A stretch of DNA of 62,945 nucleotides, counting the filler, from Diploschistes diacapsis (Eukaryota), in NCBI GenBank assembly GCA_023645945.1. It is 20 parts of 20 records of this genome, joined end to end, with 100 filler letters (N's around TTAATTAATTAA, not from the genome) between each part and the next. Parts side by side here need not be neighbours in the genome. Positions count along the whole stretch, not along the records: positions 40,645 to 60,349 come from JALAIB010000364.1; positions 60,450 to 61,647 come from JALAIB010003640.1; positions 61,748 to 62,945 come from JALAIB010003641.1; 17 more parts are not named here. One strand, written 5' to 3'. Made by a program: the position numbers and the translations under genes. The notes below the pieces were generated by a model. It saw nothing but the letters and a program-made list of their open reading frames with translations. It was not told the origin of the DNA and did no database searches. The first letter of the stretch is position 1; every line of letters begins with the position of its first letter. Shown piece by piece: positions 51,895 to 62,945 of the stretch.

Positions 51895-54051
51895 ATGTCT
51901 TCCTTGCGGCAGCGCTTCCTCAGCAGTCGTCCATCTTCGCCATCTCCCTCGCCGACGCCACCTAATTCCGAAAGTAACGCTATTGGGGAAGAGCTGAAGC
52001 TTGTCTCATCCGCGAAGCTACAGGAGCTGAAAAAGGGTGCGAAGCGTGCGCATAAGCGTGGCCATTCGGTTGTCTTTATCTTGGGCGGACTCTTTGGAGT
52101 ACTCCTTGCTCTGTTCTTCGCGCAAAATCAGGAAGTCATAAACTTCGAAGGAATTCTCGACTTGAATTTGGAAAGCCTGATAGATGTTATACCGGCTGGA
52201 GTCATCAAGGATGCAAAAGACCTCACGCAACCTGAGCGCGATGCAGTCAACTACGATTCGTTCTCTGTCGGGCTGCACCTGCAGTCACAGGGGATCAAAG
52301 CGCTTCACCCCGTTATAATGGTCCCTGGGGTAATCTCCACTGGACTGGAGAGCTGGGGTACGGAGGAGGCATCGCGGCAATACTTTCGAAAAAGGCTCTG
52401 GGGATCATGGACGATGATGAGAGCATTGGTTATGGACAAAGCCGGTTGGAAGAGGCATATCATGCTGGACAAAAAGACGGGCCTTGATCCCGCTGGCATC
52501 AAACTCAGGGCTGCGCAAGGCTTTGATGCTGCGGACTTCTTTATCACGGGATACTGGATTTGGAATAAGATTCTTCAAAATTTGGCGACAATTGGCTATG
52601 ATCCTGTATGTATGTGGAGGTTCCTGGTGACTCCTTGCTAACACCTTTTGAGGCAAATGCTTTTACTGCAGCTTACGATTGGCGCTTGTCCTATCAAAAC
52701 CTTGAGAAAAGAGATCACTACTTCACGCGCCTCAAGTCATACATTGAAGTTGCGGTACTTACGTCTGGACAAAAGGTTGTTCTGGCCTCGCACAGTATGG
52801 GCTCCCAAGTTGTCTTCTACTTCATGGCCTGGGCGGAAGCTCAAGGTCATGGCAGTGGAGGCCCTGAATGGGTCGACAAACATATTGACTCTTGGATCAA
52901 CATCAGCGGCTGTATGCTCGGCGCTCTGAAGGATGTACCAGCAGTGCTTTCTGGCGAGATGAAAGACACCGCTCAGCTTAATGCTTTCGCCGTCTATGGG
53001 CTGGAGAAGTTTCTCTCCAAAGAGGAGCGTGCTGAAATATTCCGCGCGATGCCCGGTATATCAAGCATGCTCCCGAAAGGAGGAGATGCGGTCTGGGGCA
53101 ACAAGACTTGGGCGCCAGATGATCGGCCGGATCAAAATCACAGTTTTGGAACCTTTATCAACTTCCGAGAGAGCAACTCGAGCCACTCGCTACAGAATCT
53201 AACTGTAGACGACAGTCTCAACTACCTTTGGGAGCATAGTGATACATGGTACAGTAATCGCTTCCGAATCTGCAATGCAAAACTGATTAGCTATGCAGGT
53301 ATCAGGATCAAGTCCGCCACGCTTATTCACATGGTGTTGCGCATACAACTGCCGCGGTGGAGTCTAATATGAAAGACTCCCGCAAATGGGTCAACCCTCT
53401 AGAGGCTAGATTACCACATGCTCCAAATCTCAAAATATACTGCTTCTACGGTATCGGAAAAGCGACGGAGCGAAGCTATTTCTACAGGGAGGAAAAAGAT
53501 CCACTGACCAAGATTGATGTGCAAATAGATACGACAGTTTCGCATCAGGAGATCCATAACGGCGTGATACTTGGCGAGGGCGACGGAACGGTGAGTGTCT
53601 TGAGCACTGGCTACATGTGTGCCAAGGGCTGGCACATACGGAGATATAATCCTGCTGGTGCCCAGGTCAAAGTTTTCGAAATGCCGCATGAACCGGATCG
53701 GTTCTCGCCGAGAGGAGGGCCCAACACAGGTCCGTATTGAGTAATACCCTGCTTCGAAATTGATACTGCGCCGTGTAATTTGAGCTAACTCAACTTTTAT
53801 CTGTAGGTGATCATGTTGATATCCTTGGCCGTTCGTCATTAAACGACCTCATCTTGCGGGTAGCAGGTGGAAAGGGTGACCTAATTGAGGATAACTTCGT
53901 GTCTAATATCCGCGAATATTCGGAGAAGGTCAAGATTTACGAGGAAGAAGAGTTTCACAGCCCGTCAGGCACTGTGGAAGGGCCGGTACAGCAATCGGAG
54001 GAGCCGCTCGGAATGGATAACCAATCTGAGCTATCTCTGAAAGCCGGGTGA
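51895..54051 (+). CDS. LRO1: Phospholipid:diacylglycerol acyltransferase; exons 51895-52605, 52653-53248, 53299-53729, 53807-54051
   Basis: HPVIMVPGVISTGLESW, AAYDWRLS, ASHSMGS, GEGDGTVS, DHVDILG. Confidence 0.95.
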
Positions 54052-54508
54052 AGATTTCCATCATGCGATTATAGAACCTTTCAAGAGCCATGGAATTCTC
54101 CTTGCCGATCTAAGCATTACGCCTTCAACTCCATCGAACTGAGTGATGGAGAACTCCGTCTCCGGCCACAGCCTTGATAAGTCTAAATTTACCTGAACTG
54201 CAGGCACTATACGCATCTACACACGCTGCCACCGACGGCTCGATATAGCGTGAAGATGAATCGTCGTGTGAGCACCTTTCTCGAAGCCCTCATTAATGGC
54301 AAAATGGGATGATGGTCTTGGACACATATGGTTGAAGCAGAGCTTGGCCTGCTTTCAAGAGCTGAATCATTATGCTATTCGAATTGGTATGTCCGAGACA
54401 AGCATGGATGTGCAATCTCCGGCCAGCCTCAAGAAGCAGTCATAGTACAGTTCATCCCTTCGAGGATCTCTTACGTTCATGATATCAATGCTTTTGTGAG
54501 TTCATGCA

Positions 54509-55219
54509 TCATAACTTGTGACCTTTCGAGTCCACCTCCACGATCTGGTCGATTCCTTCGTATGGTGGCTGATCCAAGTCATACTTATTCGCAACTGCCG
54601 TCGGCAAGAACCTTCCGCCAATGAAGTGCCTCCCCTTGAAATGCTTCACCAGTGGCTTCGCTGCAGTCAAGCTGATCAGCGATTCCGGTTGGAACTTGCT
54701 ACCGGGTCCAGATGCCGGCGGACCATCCTCGATGCTCCACGACGATGGCGCATCGACGGACAGCACCGGGACCTCTGCCTTTTCCAGTGCTTCAATTATC
54801 TCCTTGAACGGCTCCCTGACCTCGCCGGAGAAGCTAAACCCGAAGATGGAATCGACCACATGATTCGTATCCTTCAACGCCCCACCAAAATCCTCGGTGA
54901 AGGGTATCTCAAGGCTCTTGAGCTGCGTGGCCAGCCTCTGGTACAGCTCATTGTTGCTCTGCTTGGGGTAGCAGACGGTCGGCTTGTAGCCGTAGTGCCA
55001 CAGGTGGCGCGCGGCTACGAGGCCGTCGCCTCCGTTGTTGCCGGGACCGCAGACGACAAGCACCTTCTTGCCCGCACTCGGCGGGTGGACTCTGTAGACG
55101 GCCTGCGAGACGGACAGCCCGGCGAGCTCCATGAGCTGGTCGAGAGAGAAGGCGAAGGTGCCCATAAGATCTTTGTCTAGCGCGGCAGCGTTGGCTGCGG
55201 AGAGGGTTTTGAGGGACAT
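54509..55219 (-). CDS. NNR1: NAD(P)H-hydrate epimerase (YjeF_N domain)
   Basis: DQLMELAGLSV, CGPGNNGGDGLVAARHL, VDSIFGFSF, SVDAPSSW, LISLTAAK; alternative start at 55228. Confidence 0.95.
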   Translation of the reverse strand: MSLKTLSAANAAALDKDLMGTFAFSLDQLMELAGLSVSQAVYRVHPPSAGKKVLVVCGPGNNGGDGLVAARHLWHYGYKPTVCYPKQSNNELYQRLATQLKSLEIPFTEDFGGALKDTNHVVDSIFGFSFSGEVREPFKEIIEALEKAEVPVLSVDAPSSWSIEDGPPASGPGSKFQPESLISLTAAKPLVKHFKGRHFIGGRFLPTAVANKYDLDQPPYEGIDQIVEVDSKGHKL

Positions 55220-55681
55220 TCTGAACATGGACGGTAGTCCTGCTTGTTTGACTTGTAGTTCAATGTTTCGTTTATGTACCTGTGCTTGTATGCTTCACAA
55301 CGGAACAACGAACTTGAAGTGAACTCATAGTTGTCTGATGATGTCAGGCTGACTTGACTGACTGCGCTGTCTCACTTGAGCCGCAACTGCAAGTCACCCT
55401 TGACCCAGCAGCACTTTGCCCTGACGATCTTTCAACTAAAGCCCTTGGGCCCCGCTGGATCGCTTGCAGCCGTTGACAACCCTATTTCTATAGGGTCTGA
55501 ACGTCAGTCATACTTCGTGTAATAGTCTACAATAACTCTGGCTTTTCAGAGTGTCTGCGGATGCACGGTAGATGAAGCTGAGTGGTGTCTACTGGCTGGG
55601 CTGAACAAGCCTGACTGGGCCACTGCTTCCTGTGTCCTTGGTCACTAATGCACTTGCATCGACGACCTTCGTTGCACAGAC

Positions 55682-58600
55682 ATGAACGGCGCAAGCGCAG
55701 TCAATGGCACTCACGCCGGAGCTGAATACCCAGCTCAATCTGAAGATGTCACTGACTCTCAGGTTCTACAAGCTCTGCAACTAATTCACGAATCAAGGTC
55801 TTCGAACGAGCAGCGACAAGAAGCTTCCCAATACCTCGAACAACTCAAAGCACAAGAAGGGGCCCCATATAAAGGCTTTCTCTATGCTTCAAACAAGCAA
55901 CACCCCACCTTTTTACGGTACTATGGCCTCTCTCTCCTTGAGAGCGTCATACGACATCGTTGGTATGATTACAGTGGAGAGCAAAGCTCTGCAGTGCGAG
56001 GATGGGTTTTGGATCTCGCACAGGGCGTTGATGTGGCTACAACAGACCCTTCCTTCATAAGAAACAAAGTAGCGCAATTATGGGTCGAAGTAGCAAAGAG
56101 AAGCTGGGCTTTGGACTGGATGAACATGGACGAGATGCTTGTCAATCTCTGGTCTGGGCCCGCCGTTCGCAAAGTGCTTGTCTTGGAAGTGCTGGAAAAC
56201 TTGTCAGAGAACTCTTTTGGAAAGGAGGATGCAACGGCAGTTCTGCGTGGGCAAGACCTTAGCAAAGCCTGCGTAGAGATTTTCACGCCTGCTCGGGTCA
56301 TGTTGCAGCATTTCCCAGCAAGGGACACAAACGTCAACGTCCGCTATGGCAGCGAAGGCTGGCTCACCAGGGTCGCTGACTTTATCATCGGGCATACCAA
56401 GAGTGGCTTGGCGGACGAGGAGACGGCTTTTTGCGTAAGCAAAGCACTTTCAACGCTGAAATCGATACTCTCATGGGCGATCCTGCCGGCTGTGGCAAGT
56501 TCAAATTGTGTAGAAGCTGTGTGCGGGGCGCTAGGCTCGAGTAATCGATCGATTGAGCTGGTACGTCTGATGCATTGGGGAGCACATGGTTCTTTGCAGC
56601 CACTGAATTTACTGTATTCTAGGCCGCAATAGAAACCCTCTTCGCCCTGTACTCCCGGCCCGCATTCACTGATGAGGATGTTGTTGCACTTGTTGGACCT
56701 TTATATGAGGATGCAACGATCGAGAGACTAAGAGCCATCTATCGATGGTCTGTCGTGGCCGCCGACGACATTGACGACGAAAAATACCTGATTTGCAAAA
56801 AGCTCGCAGAGGTCTGTCTCCAACTTTCCACCCTTCCTCGTCTTACGTATTGCAGGCTGTACACGCTGTTGGAAAGTACATGGCGGACAGGCCGGACTCT
56901 CTGCCGGAAAGTGCAAACTATCCGGCCTTTCTTGACCTTCTGGTTGAGATGCTAAGGAACGAGAGTCTCCACGTCTCCATACCTATCCTTCACCTATGGG
57001 CGAAATTACTGGCCTCGCGTGACTTTGGGAATTTGGAAGCCATGTCAGGGATAATTGGGCCGTTACTGGAACTTTGCAGCCAACGGCTGTTACGCTTCGA
57101 AGCGTTGGCGCAAGATGCAGATGTCCCTGCTTTGATTTTTCTCAACGAAGATCTTGACACTGTTCCCGAGAAACATGCTTTCCTCGGGAATTACGCTAGG
57201 TTTTGCCGCGATGTGGTTGATTCAATCGTGTCCAAGCGACCGTTCGACGCGTTGCAACATATTTTGAACCAAGCAGATCACGTGCTACAGCATCTTTATG
57301 ATGGCGAACCCTCGTTCGAAGTATCACAGTATAAAAAGGCTTCCATTCCAGCGTTGAAATTGGATGCTCAATTTTCAGTCATTGAAGCAGCTCTGTCAGG
57401 ATACACCCATTGGCGGACGGGAAAGTACAAACAGCAAGATCCAGGACCGCTAAACCAGGAACAGGAAGCTATCAACACCACCCTCGAAAACTGGTGTCGA
57501 AGACTCTTTAATGCAAGATTTGATGAACCTGGCGTTCAACAGCGCATTACCATCCTGGTTGCCGAGTTTGCGCTGGATCCATTGAAGAGAAACCCTGATT
57601 TTGTGCAGGCAGCTTTCCAATATTTGGTCGAAACCAAACGTCGTCTCCTCACAATTCCCTTATCCCACGATATGCCGGAGTACAATGAGGCTATTAAAGA
57701 CCTACACCGCTTGACGAGCCATCAGGTACAACGTATTGCCCTGAAAGCAGCTGATTTCCTTATTCAAGCTTTCGCCCATATCGAGGACGCCGTATCTGAG
57801 CTCTGTCAGATGCCTCAGATGGAGGAGGATGACCGAGATAGGTGTGTATCAGTCCTATTTATCATTATACAACGGGCCTCAGAACTGAACGAGGAGGAGC
57901 GCCTTTCACGTTTAGAAACTTACGTTGGCGAGACAATGTCTAAGTGGAGCGCACCTCAACTTGCAAGCTCTCTTCAGACATTCGATGGCTTTTGTAATTT
58001 GCTGTCTTTCTCCGGGTTTCAAGACTATTTTTCCAGTCGAGGTGCACTGCGTACAGAGGACTGGTCTACATCGCCTCTGGACGAAGAAGGCAGAATATTC
58101 AGGATACGCGTCGAGGGGGCGCAACGTGTAAGTGTTCCTTTCTTCGGCGTTCAATTAGCGTTACTTACAGGTTTAGGAACTTCCATTGCGGGCAACGACG
58201 ACATTCTTCAGCGTAAGTCTCGACAAAACGGAGCCTGGCTCACAACCATATGAGACGGCTCTGACTCTATGGTCAAAATACTTGCCTGCCATTCTACCGA
58301 ACGTGCTCCAGTTGATTAGGTGGGATTCAAGCTCAATTCGTGAAGCCTTTTCTTACTTGGCTCAGTCTCTCCCATATGTTTTCTAATCCTGCTGCTTGGA
58401 CGACCTCGTCTGAAGAGTCCAAAGTAATCTTGAGCCGAATTCTTCGAGACCGATTCTGGCAAGTCGGTATCTCCTCTGGTAGTCGAGATGAGTTCTACAA
58501 CCGTGTAGAACAATCCAAATCCACCCTTGAGGGCCTGGCGTCTGTGATTCGGGGTTCTTTGAGGCTTGTGCGGGACAAGTGCTATCGTCTGCTTTCATCC

Positions 58601-59644
58601 ACGAGCCTCTTGGGCGAAACGATCTACCGGCTTGATGGTCTCCCACCTATCATGGCGAAAGCAATCTTCGAACACTCGCCAGCTCTCTCCACTCATCAAA
58701 CAGGCATCATTATCGACATGATGCGCCCAATAATTGAGAATTGCCCGCCTGACGCACGAGAGCGCTTTCTTACGCCTCTGATTACAGCCATGTTCGACAG
58801 CTTGGATCAGAAAATATCATCAGAGTGGCATGCAATTGACCAGCGCAGCAAGGCTGCTGCCAATGATGACGGCCTGCAAGAGGAAATGAAAAATGAAAGC
58901 ATACTACGGCAGTTGACGTACAATTGTGTCATGCTAGTCGTAAGGCTCCTCGACCCAAAAGATGGTTCCTCTGGATCCAAAGACCATGCCCACCACAACT
59001 CAAAGTCAGCAGCGGCTACACCGGGCGAAGTCACACCCATGCCGGCTACCCTTAGAAACTTTGTGCTCGGCAACCCACAGGTTTTTAAGTCTGTTGTTCT
59101 GTTCAGCACGCATGCGCTGCACATGCATGATAACCGCTGTTGCGGTCTCATCACACGTGTCCTTCGCTCCATTGTCGGCGACTTCGCCGGCTCAGATTCC
59201 GTAGCCGGTGAAATTCGTGAATTCATTTCTTCCGAGGTGTTCAAAGCGTGCATCGTTTCCCTCCACGATCCATATTTCGTCGACATCCAGAGCGACCTGG
59301 CACAACTAATCGCCACCATCATCAGGCGGTACTCTGCGATGACGGATACACCGCGTCAGATACTCTTATCCCTTCCGAACATGGATCAGCAATCGATCGT
59401 CGGCGCGCTTCATCAGATTTTCAAGGCGGATAATGCCAGCAGACTGCAAAGGGCTATTGTACTAAAACTACTAGAGAACCTAAGAGGCGTGAGCATCAGC
59501 GAGCAGGGCAGGCTTCCCAAGCCAGATCCGAAGAAGGCAAGGTCGGCGCTGCAGGAGGAGTACATGACAGTCGAGCAGCCGCGCAGCAACGTAGACAAGG
59601 AAAGGAGTCCAGATCTTGGGGGCGTTGCTAACATGTTTGCGTAA
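55682..59644 (+). CDS. MSN5: Exportin-5/Msn5 karyopherin; exons 55682-56560, 56623-56811, 56856-58127, 58177-58319, 58366-59644
   Basis: Importin-beta-like N-terminus (RQEASQYLE..RYYGLSLLE), SWALDWMNMD, PEKHAFLGNY, RFWQVGIS.GSRDEFY, SLHDPYFVDIQ, RAIVLKLLENLRGVSISEQG. Confidence 0.9.
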
Positions 59645-59979
59645 ACGGTTGCCTTTTTCCGGCAAATGGTGGGTTCGTTCATCGTCGTTCCAATTAAATA
59701 CCCTTGAAATTAGCGTGCAACAAGGTGGCCTGGGATAGAGATCTGGAGGTGCTTGGAGTTCATCGGGTCATTTGAAGCTCGCCCGAGGGTTGATTTAGCA
59801 GCAGCTTCAGACCACATCCAGCCCATCTGTTGCCGACTCGAACAATAGGTGTTTACAACCAAGTAAACTGCAATCGAATTGTTTATGCCAAGCGTTCTTG
59901 ATTTCTCATATGTACAATACCGCCCGAACGGTGCGGGCTCAACATGCAACAGAAGGGCCACAGCGCCATCCTCGCCTTT

Positions 59980-60256
59980 CTATTTCGTAACATTCTTCGG
60001 CGTAACCACATACGTAGGCCGCACAAACCTGAAGATCCAAAACCGTCAGCATCAGGTCTTCCCAAAAAAACCCAAAAAAAAGAAAAGAAAAGTCGCCACA
60101 TACCGATCCGAATGATACGCGCTCGTAACCTCCCCCATCAGCTCCTTCTCCCGGGCCTGGTCGGCCCAGTACCGCCGCACCGCGTCGCGATCCTCCTCGG
60201 CCTGCAGCACGGGGATCAGGTGGATGCGCGCCCAGAGTTTTTCGCGTGCCAGTTCA
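59980..60256 (-). CDS. NDUFA13: NADH:ubiquinone oxidoreductase subunit B16.6/GRIM-19, 3' partial; exons 60256-60104, 60028-59980
   Basis: ELAREKLWARIHLIPVLQAEEDRD..YHSDR|FVRPTY. Confidence 0.92.
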
Positions 60257-60450
60257 CTGTGTTTTCCTCCCCCTCCCCCCAACCCGGAGGAGGAATCTGC
60301 GGTCAGCGGCCTGGTCGTTGTTTTGAGGTTCTTGGGGAAAAGGAGGGGGNNNNNNNNNNNNNNNNNNNNNNNNNNNNNNNNNNNNNNNNNNNNTTAATTA
60401 ATTAANNNNNNNNNNNNNNNNNNNNNNNNNNNNNNNNNNNNNNNNNNNNG

Positions 60451-61635
60451 AACCTCCTCCCTCACACCATCTCATCCTCTCCCATCGCCCGCCGCTCCAC
60501 CTCCACCACAACCACCACCCTCTCCCCCGCCGCCATCAGTGCCCTCGTCATCATCGTACTCCTCCTAATTAACACAACCTGGCTCTCCATCTGCCTCTAT
60601 AACCGCCGCAAACGCCGCAACCGCGTACTGCGCCCCTACAGCCAGCACACGTCGTCCGACACACACGGCCTTATAGCCCACGCCGCCCCGCCCGCTATCC
60701 GCATCCAGGGCCCAAGTCTCAACATCTCGCGGCCCATCTCGAACCCGGACCTCGGCCCGACGCCCGTCTTTAGCGTGAGGGAAAGCGCGGAGTACACCCC
60801 AGGCAAAGATAGCGGAAGTCTCACGGACCCGAATACTACCTACACGTATAGCGACTTCGCGCGGCAGCAGCTACAGCTGCTGCAGAAGGAGAGGGAGAGG
60901 AAAGTGCAGAGAGTCGCCAGCGAACTATCAGCCCAAACCAGCCCCCAGTATCCCGCCACGCCGCATGACCCACACGGCGCGTCACGTAGTCGGGAGCATA
61001 GTAGGAGTCGCAGCCAGCCGGGGCACAGCCATAGGTACAGCCACAGCTATAGCTATAGCGGGGACTCGCAACCATATTCACACTCACGCTCGTCGTCACG
61101 CACGTCGAACGCGTCGAACGCGTCGCACAGCTCGTATAAGAACAAGGCGTTCGCGCAGGAGTGCGGGGCGCACAGCTTCGACCCGGGTGCAGCCGCGACG
61201 GGAAGTCGTGCGCGCGACTCCGGGTACGCTTGCGGACACGGGCACGAGCGGGAAGGGGAAAAGAAGCGGCTAGGAAAGCACAAGGGCGATGATGAAGACG
61301 GGAACGAGGATGAAGAGAACGGAAATGTGTATTTCGCGACGCGCGGCTGGACGGGGCGCGGCGAGCACCCGCCCACTTATCAGCAGCAGCATCGGTATGG
61401 GGATAAGCAGGAGTACGAGCGCGGGCACGACCACGAGTCTGTGCGTCCGAATGCGAAAAATGGCACGAGCGCAGACATAGACACCAAGATTGCCATCGCC
61501 ATGGGCAAGCCGCTCGACGTGCCCGACTCGCCGTTTTCGCCCGGCGGCGAGAGGGCGGCCAAGGCGGCTGCGGCGAGGGGATTGAGGAGCGAGTGGTATA
61601 AGAGTCCGCCGCCGGAGAGGGGGGGTTTTGAGTGA
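60451..61635 (+). CDS. Hypothetical single-pass membrane protein, 5' partial
   Basis: Open frame from the contig edge: S/T-rich stretch, TM (AISALVIIVLLLINTTWLSICLY), basic RRKRRNR, low-complexity tail. Confidence 0.6.
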   Translation, partial: NLLPHTISSSPIARRSTSTTTTTLSPAAISALVIIVLLLINTTWLSICLYNRRKRRNRVLRPYSQHTSSDTHGLIAHAAPPAIRIQGPSLNISRPISNPDLGPTPVFSVRESAEYTPGKDSGSLTDPNTTYTYSDFARQQLQLLQKERERKVQRVASELSAQTSPQYPATPHDPHGASRSREHSRSRSQPGHSHRYSHSYSYSGDSQPYSHSRSSSRTSNASNASHSSYKNKAFAQECGAHSFDPGAAATGSRARDSGYACGHGHEREGEKKRLGKHKGDDEDGNEDEENGNVYFATRGWTGRGEHPPTYQQQHRYGDKQEYERGHDHESVRPNAKNGTSADIDTKIAIAMGKPLDVPDSPFSPGGERAAKAAAARGLRSEWYKSPPPERGGFE

Positions 61636-61753
61636 TGTGGGGAGGAGNNNNNNNNNNNNNNNNNNNNNNNNNNNNNNNNNNNNNNNNNNNNTTAATTAAT
61701 TAANNNNNNNNNNNNNNNNNNNNNNNNNNNNNNNNNNNNNNNNNNNNGGGTAA

Positions 61754-62291
61754 GGGGTTTGGGGGGAGATCCGGAGACACAAGAGTCGCTGGCTGGCTAT
61801 GGTGTTCTGCGGGAACATCCTGCTCTCATTTTGTTCAATGGTTATGGCATTGAAGCTAATAATGATCGTCGCAGCACTAAACGAGTCGCAATCCGGCTTC
61901 AAGCACACGCGCCACAACCCCTTTATGGATCTCCTGTTCTACTACATCATTCCCAAGTACGTCGCGCCTTCATTTTCCCCTTCGTTTCTCTTCTCATTCT
62001 CATTCACATTCGCATTCCCTATCCTACCTCCCCTTTCCCCTTTTGCTACCTTACCACCCCACCTCTCACCCCTCCCATCTCCTGCATCTCCTGTATATCC
62101 ACCTCCTTCCCTTCTTTGTCCTTTCCCAACCCTCAGCGCACTACTAACCCTCCTCCCACAACAGCGGCGCCTGGCTCGTCTTCTCCGCCTGGATGACCTA
62201 CGTTTTTGGCGTTGAGATCCTCGAGGGCCTGGCCGTCGCGGCGGGGGAAGACGTGGACGGGAACAGGGTTCTGAGTCTTAAAGACGAGTGA
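61754..62291 (+). CDS. Multi-pass membrane protein, EXPERA/EBP-like fungal family, 3' partial; intron 61957-62164
   Basis: LNESQSGFKHTRHNPFMDLLFYYIIPN|GAWLVFSAWMTYVFGVEILEGL; GTACGT..CTAAC..CAG intron keeps frame. Confidence 0.6.
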
Positions 62292-62945
62292 GGGGGCGGG
62301 TATATATGCAGTCCGGCACTAATTGAAGGGCGGAGGGGGAACACGGATGGGGAAAGCCAGGGTCGGGAGAGGAGAGGGTCAAAGGAAGAAAGGAAGGAAG
62401 GAGAGCTTACACCCAAGTTCCTTCTCTTCTCTTCCCTCCTTTAACGACAAGGCATTCCGACGTGCGTATATTTGTATTTATCCTATCATTTTTTTCCTCG
62501 ATCGATGGCACCAACTTCATCCCCTATCCTTATCCTATCCCCAGCCTGTTCGTTACCACCCCTCATTCGCTTTCCCTTGGTGCAGGCAAACAGCCTCGAT
62601 ATAATATACATACGTGTGTGTACATCTACCGCCATGCCCATACTGCATCATTTTATCTTATTATTATTATTATCATCATCTCGTCCAGTCCATCAAAGCT
62701 CCATCGCTCCACAAAGCACAGGTAGGATGGGGCAGGACAGGTATATCATCCAACTCGACGAATCTTTCGAGCCCCCCCGTGTAGCCATGCCGTCAATCTT
62801 CCCTACGGACCATGACCCACGCAACCCACAACCCAATTCACAATCCTAATTTCTCCCCGCCTCCATCTTCATCTTTCCCTCCCTTTCCCTTTCCCTTTCC
62901 CTTCCCCTCCCCAATCCTATTCTCATCCCGTCCTTATCCTCTCCC

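Noticed and set aside
54518..55180. 220-aa plus-strand ORF
   Set aside because: Antisense shadow of the GC-rich NNR1 gene

Overview
Fungal (Pezizomycotina-type ascomycete) draft-assembly DNA. It is not a contiguous locus: 20 contigs are joined by 19 artificial 100-bp N44-TTAATTAATTAA-N44 linkers. Two ~19.7-kb gene-rich contigs are present. Contig 7820-27545 carries a GH76 DCW1/DFG5-like gene, the SNC v-SNARE, ARG5,6 and PUS7, plus a ~7-kb run of decayed genes (tRNA-Leu-like relic, secreted LYAR-repeat protein, SRPK-like kinase, aldo-keto reductase). Contig 40645-60349 carries an Ace2-like C2H2 factor, an intron-retaining ubiquitin-RPS31 pseudogene, a GH18 chitinase, a GT32 mannosyltransferase, LRO1, NNR1, MSN5 and a partial NDUFA13. 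Fifteen ~1.2-kb contigs are nested, RIP-like mutated transposon junctions (gypsy and copia pol relics, several LTR families, pogo/Fot1 TIRs, a hAT MITE, foldback elements), and three are GC-rich gene fragments. The most interesting observations are a probable alternative first coding exon with an LxxIxE motif inside the long SNC intron, an 8-unit perfect heat-shock-element array in an LTR-like promoter, CpG-sparing RIP-like mutation with protected element termini, and the pseudogene cluster. All exon models and family calls are by eye; no searches were run.
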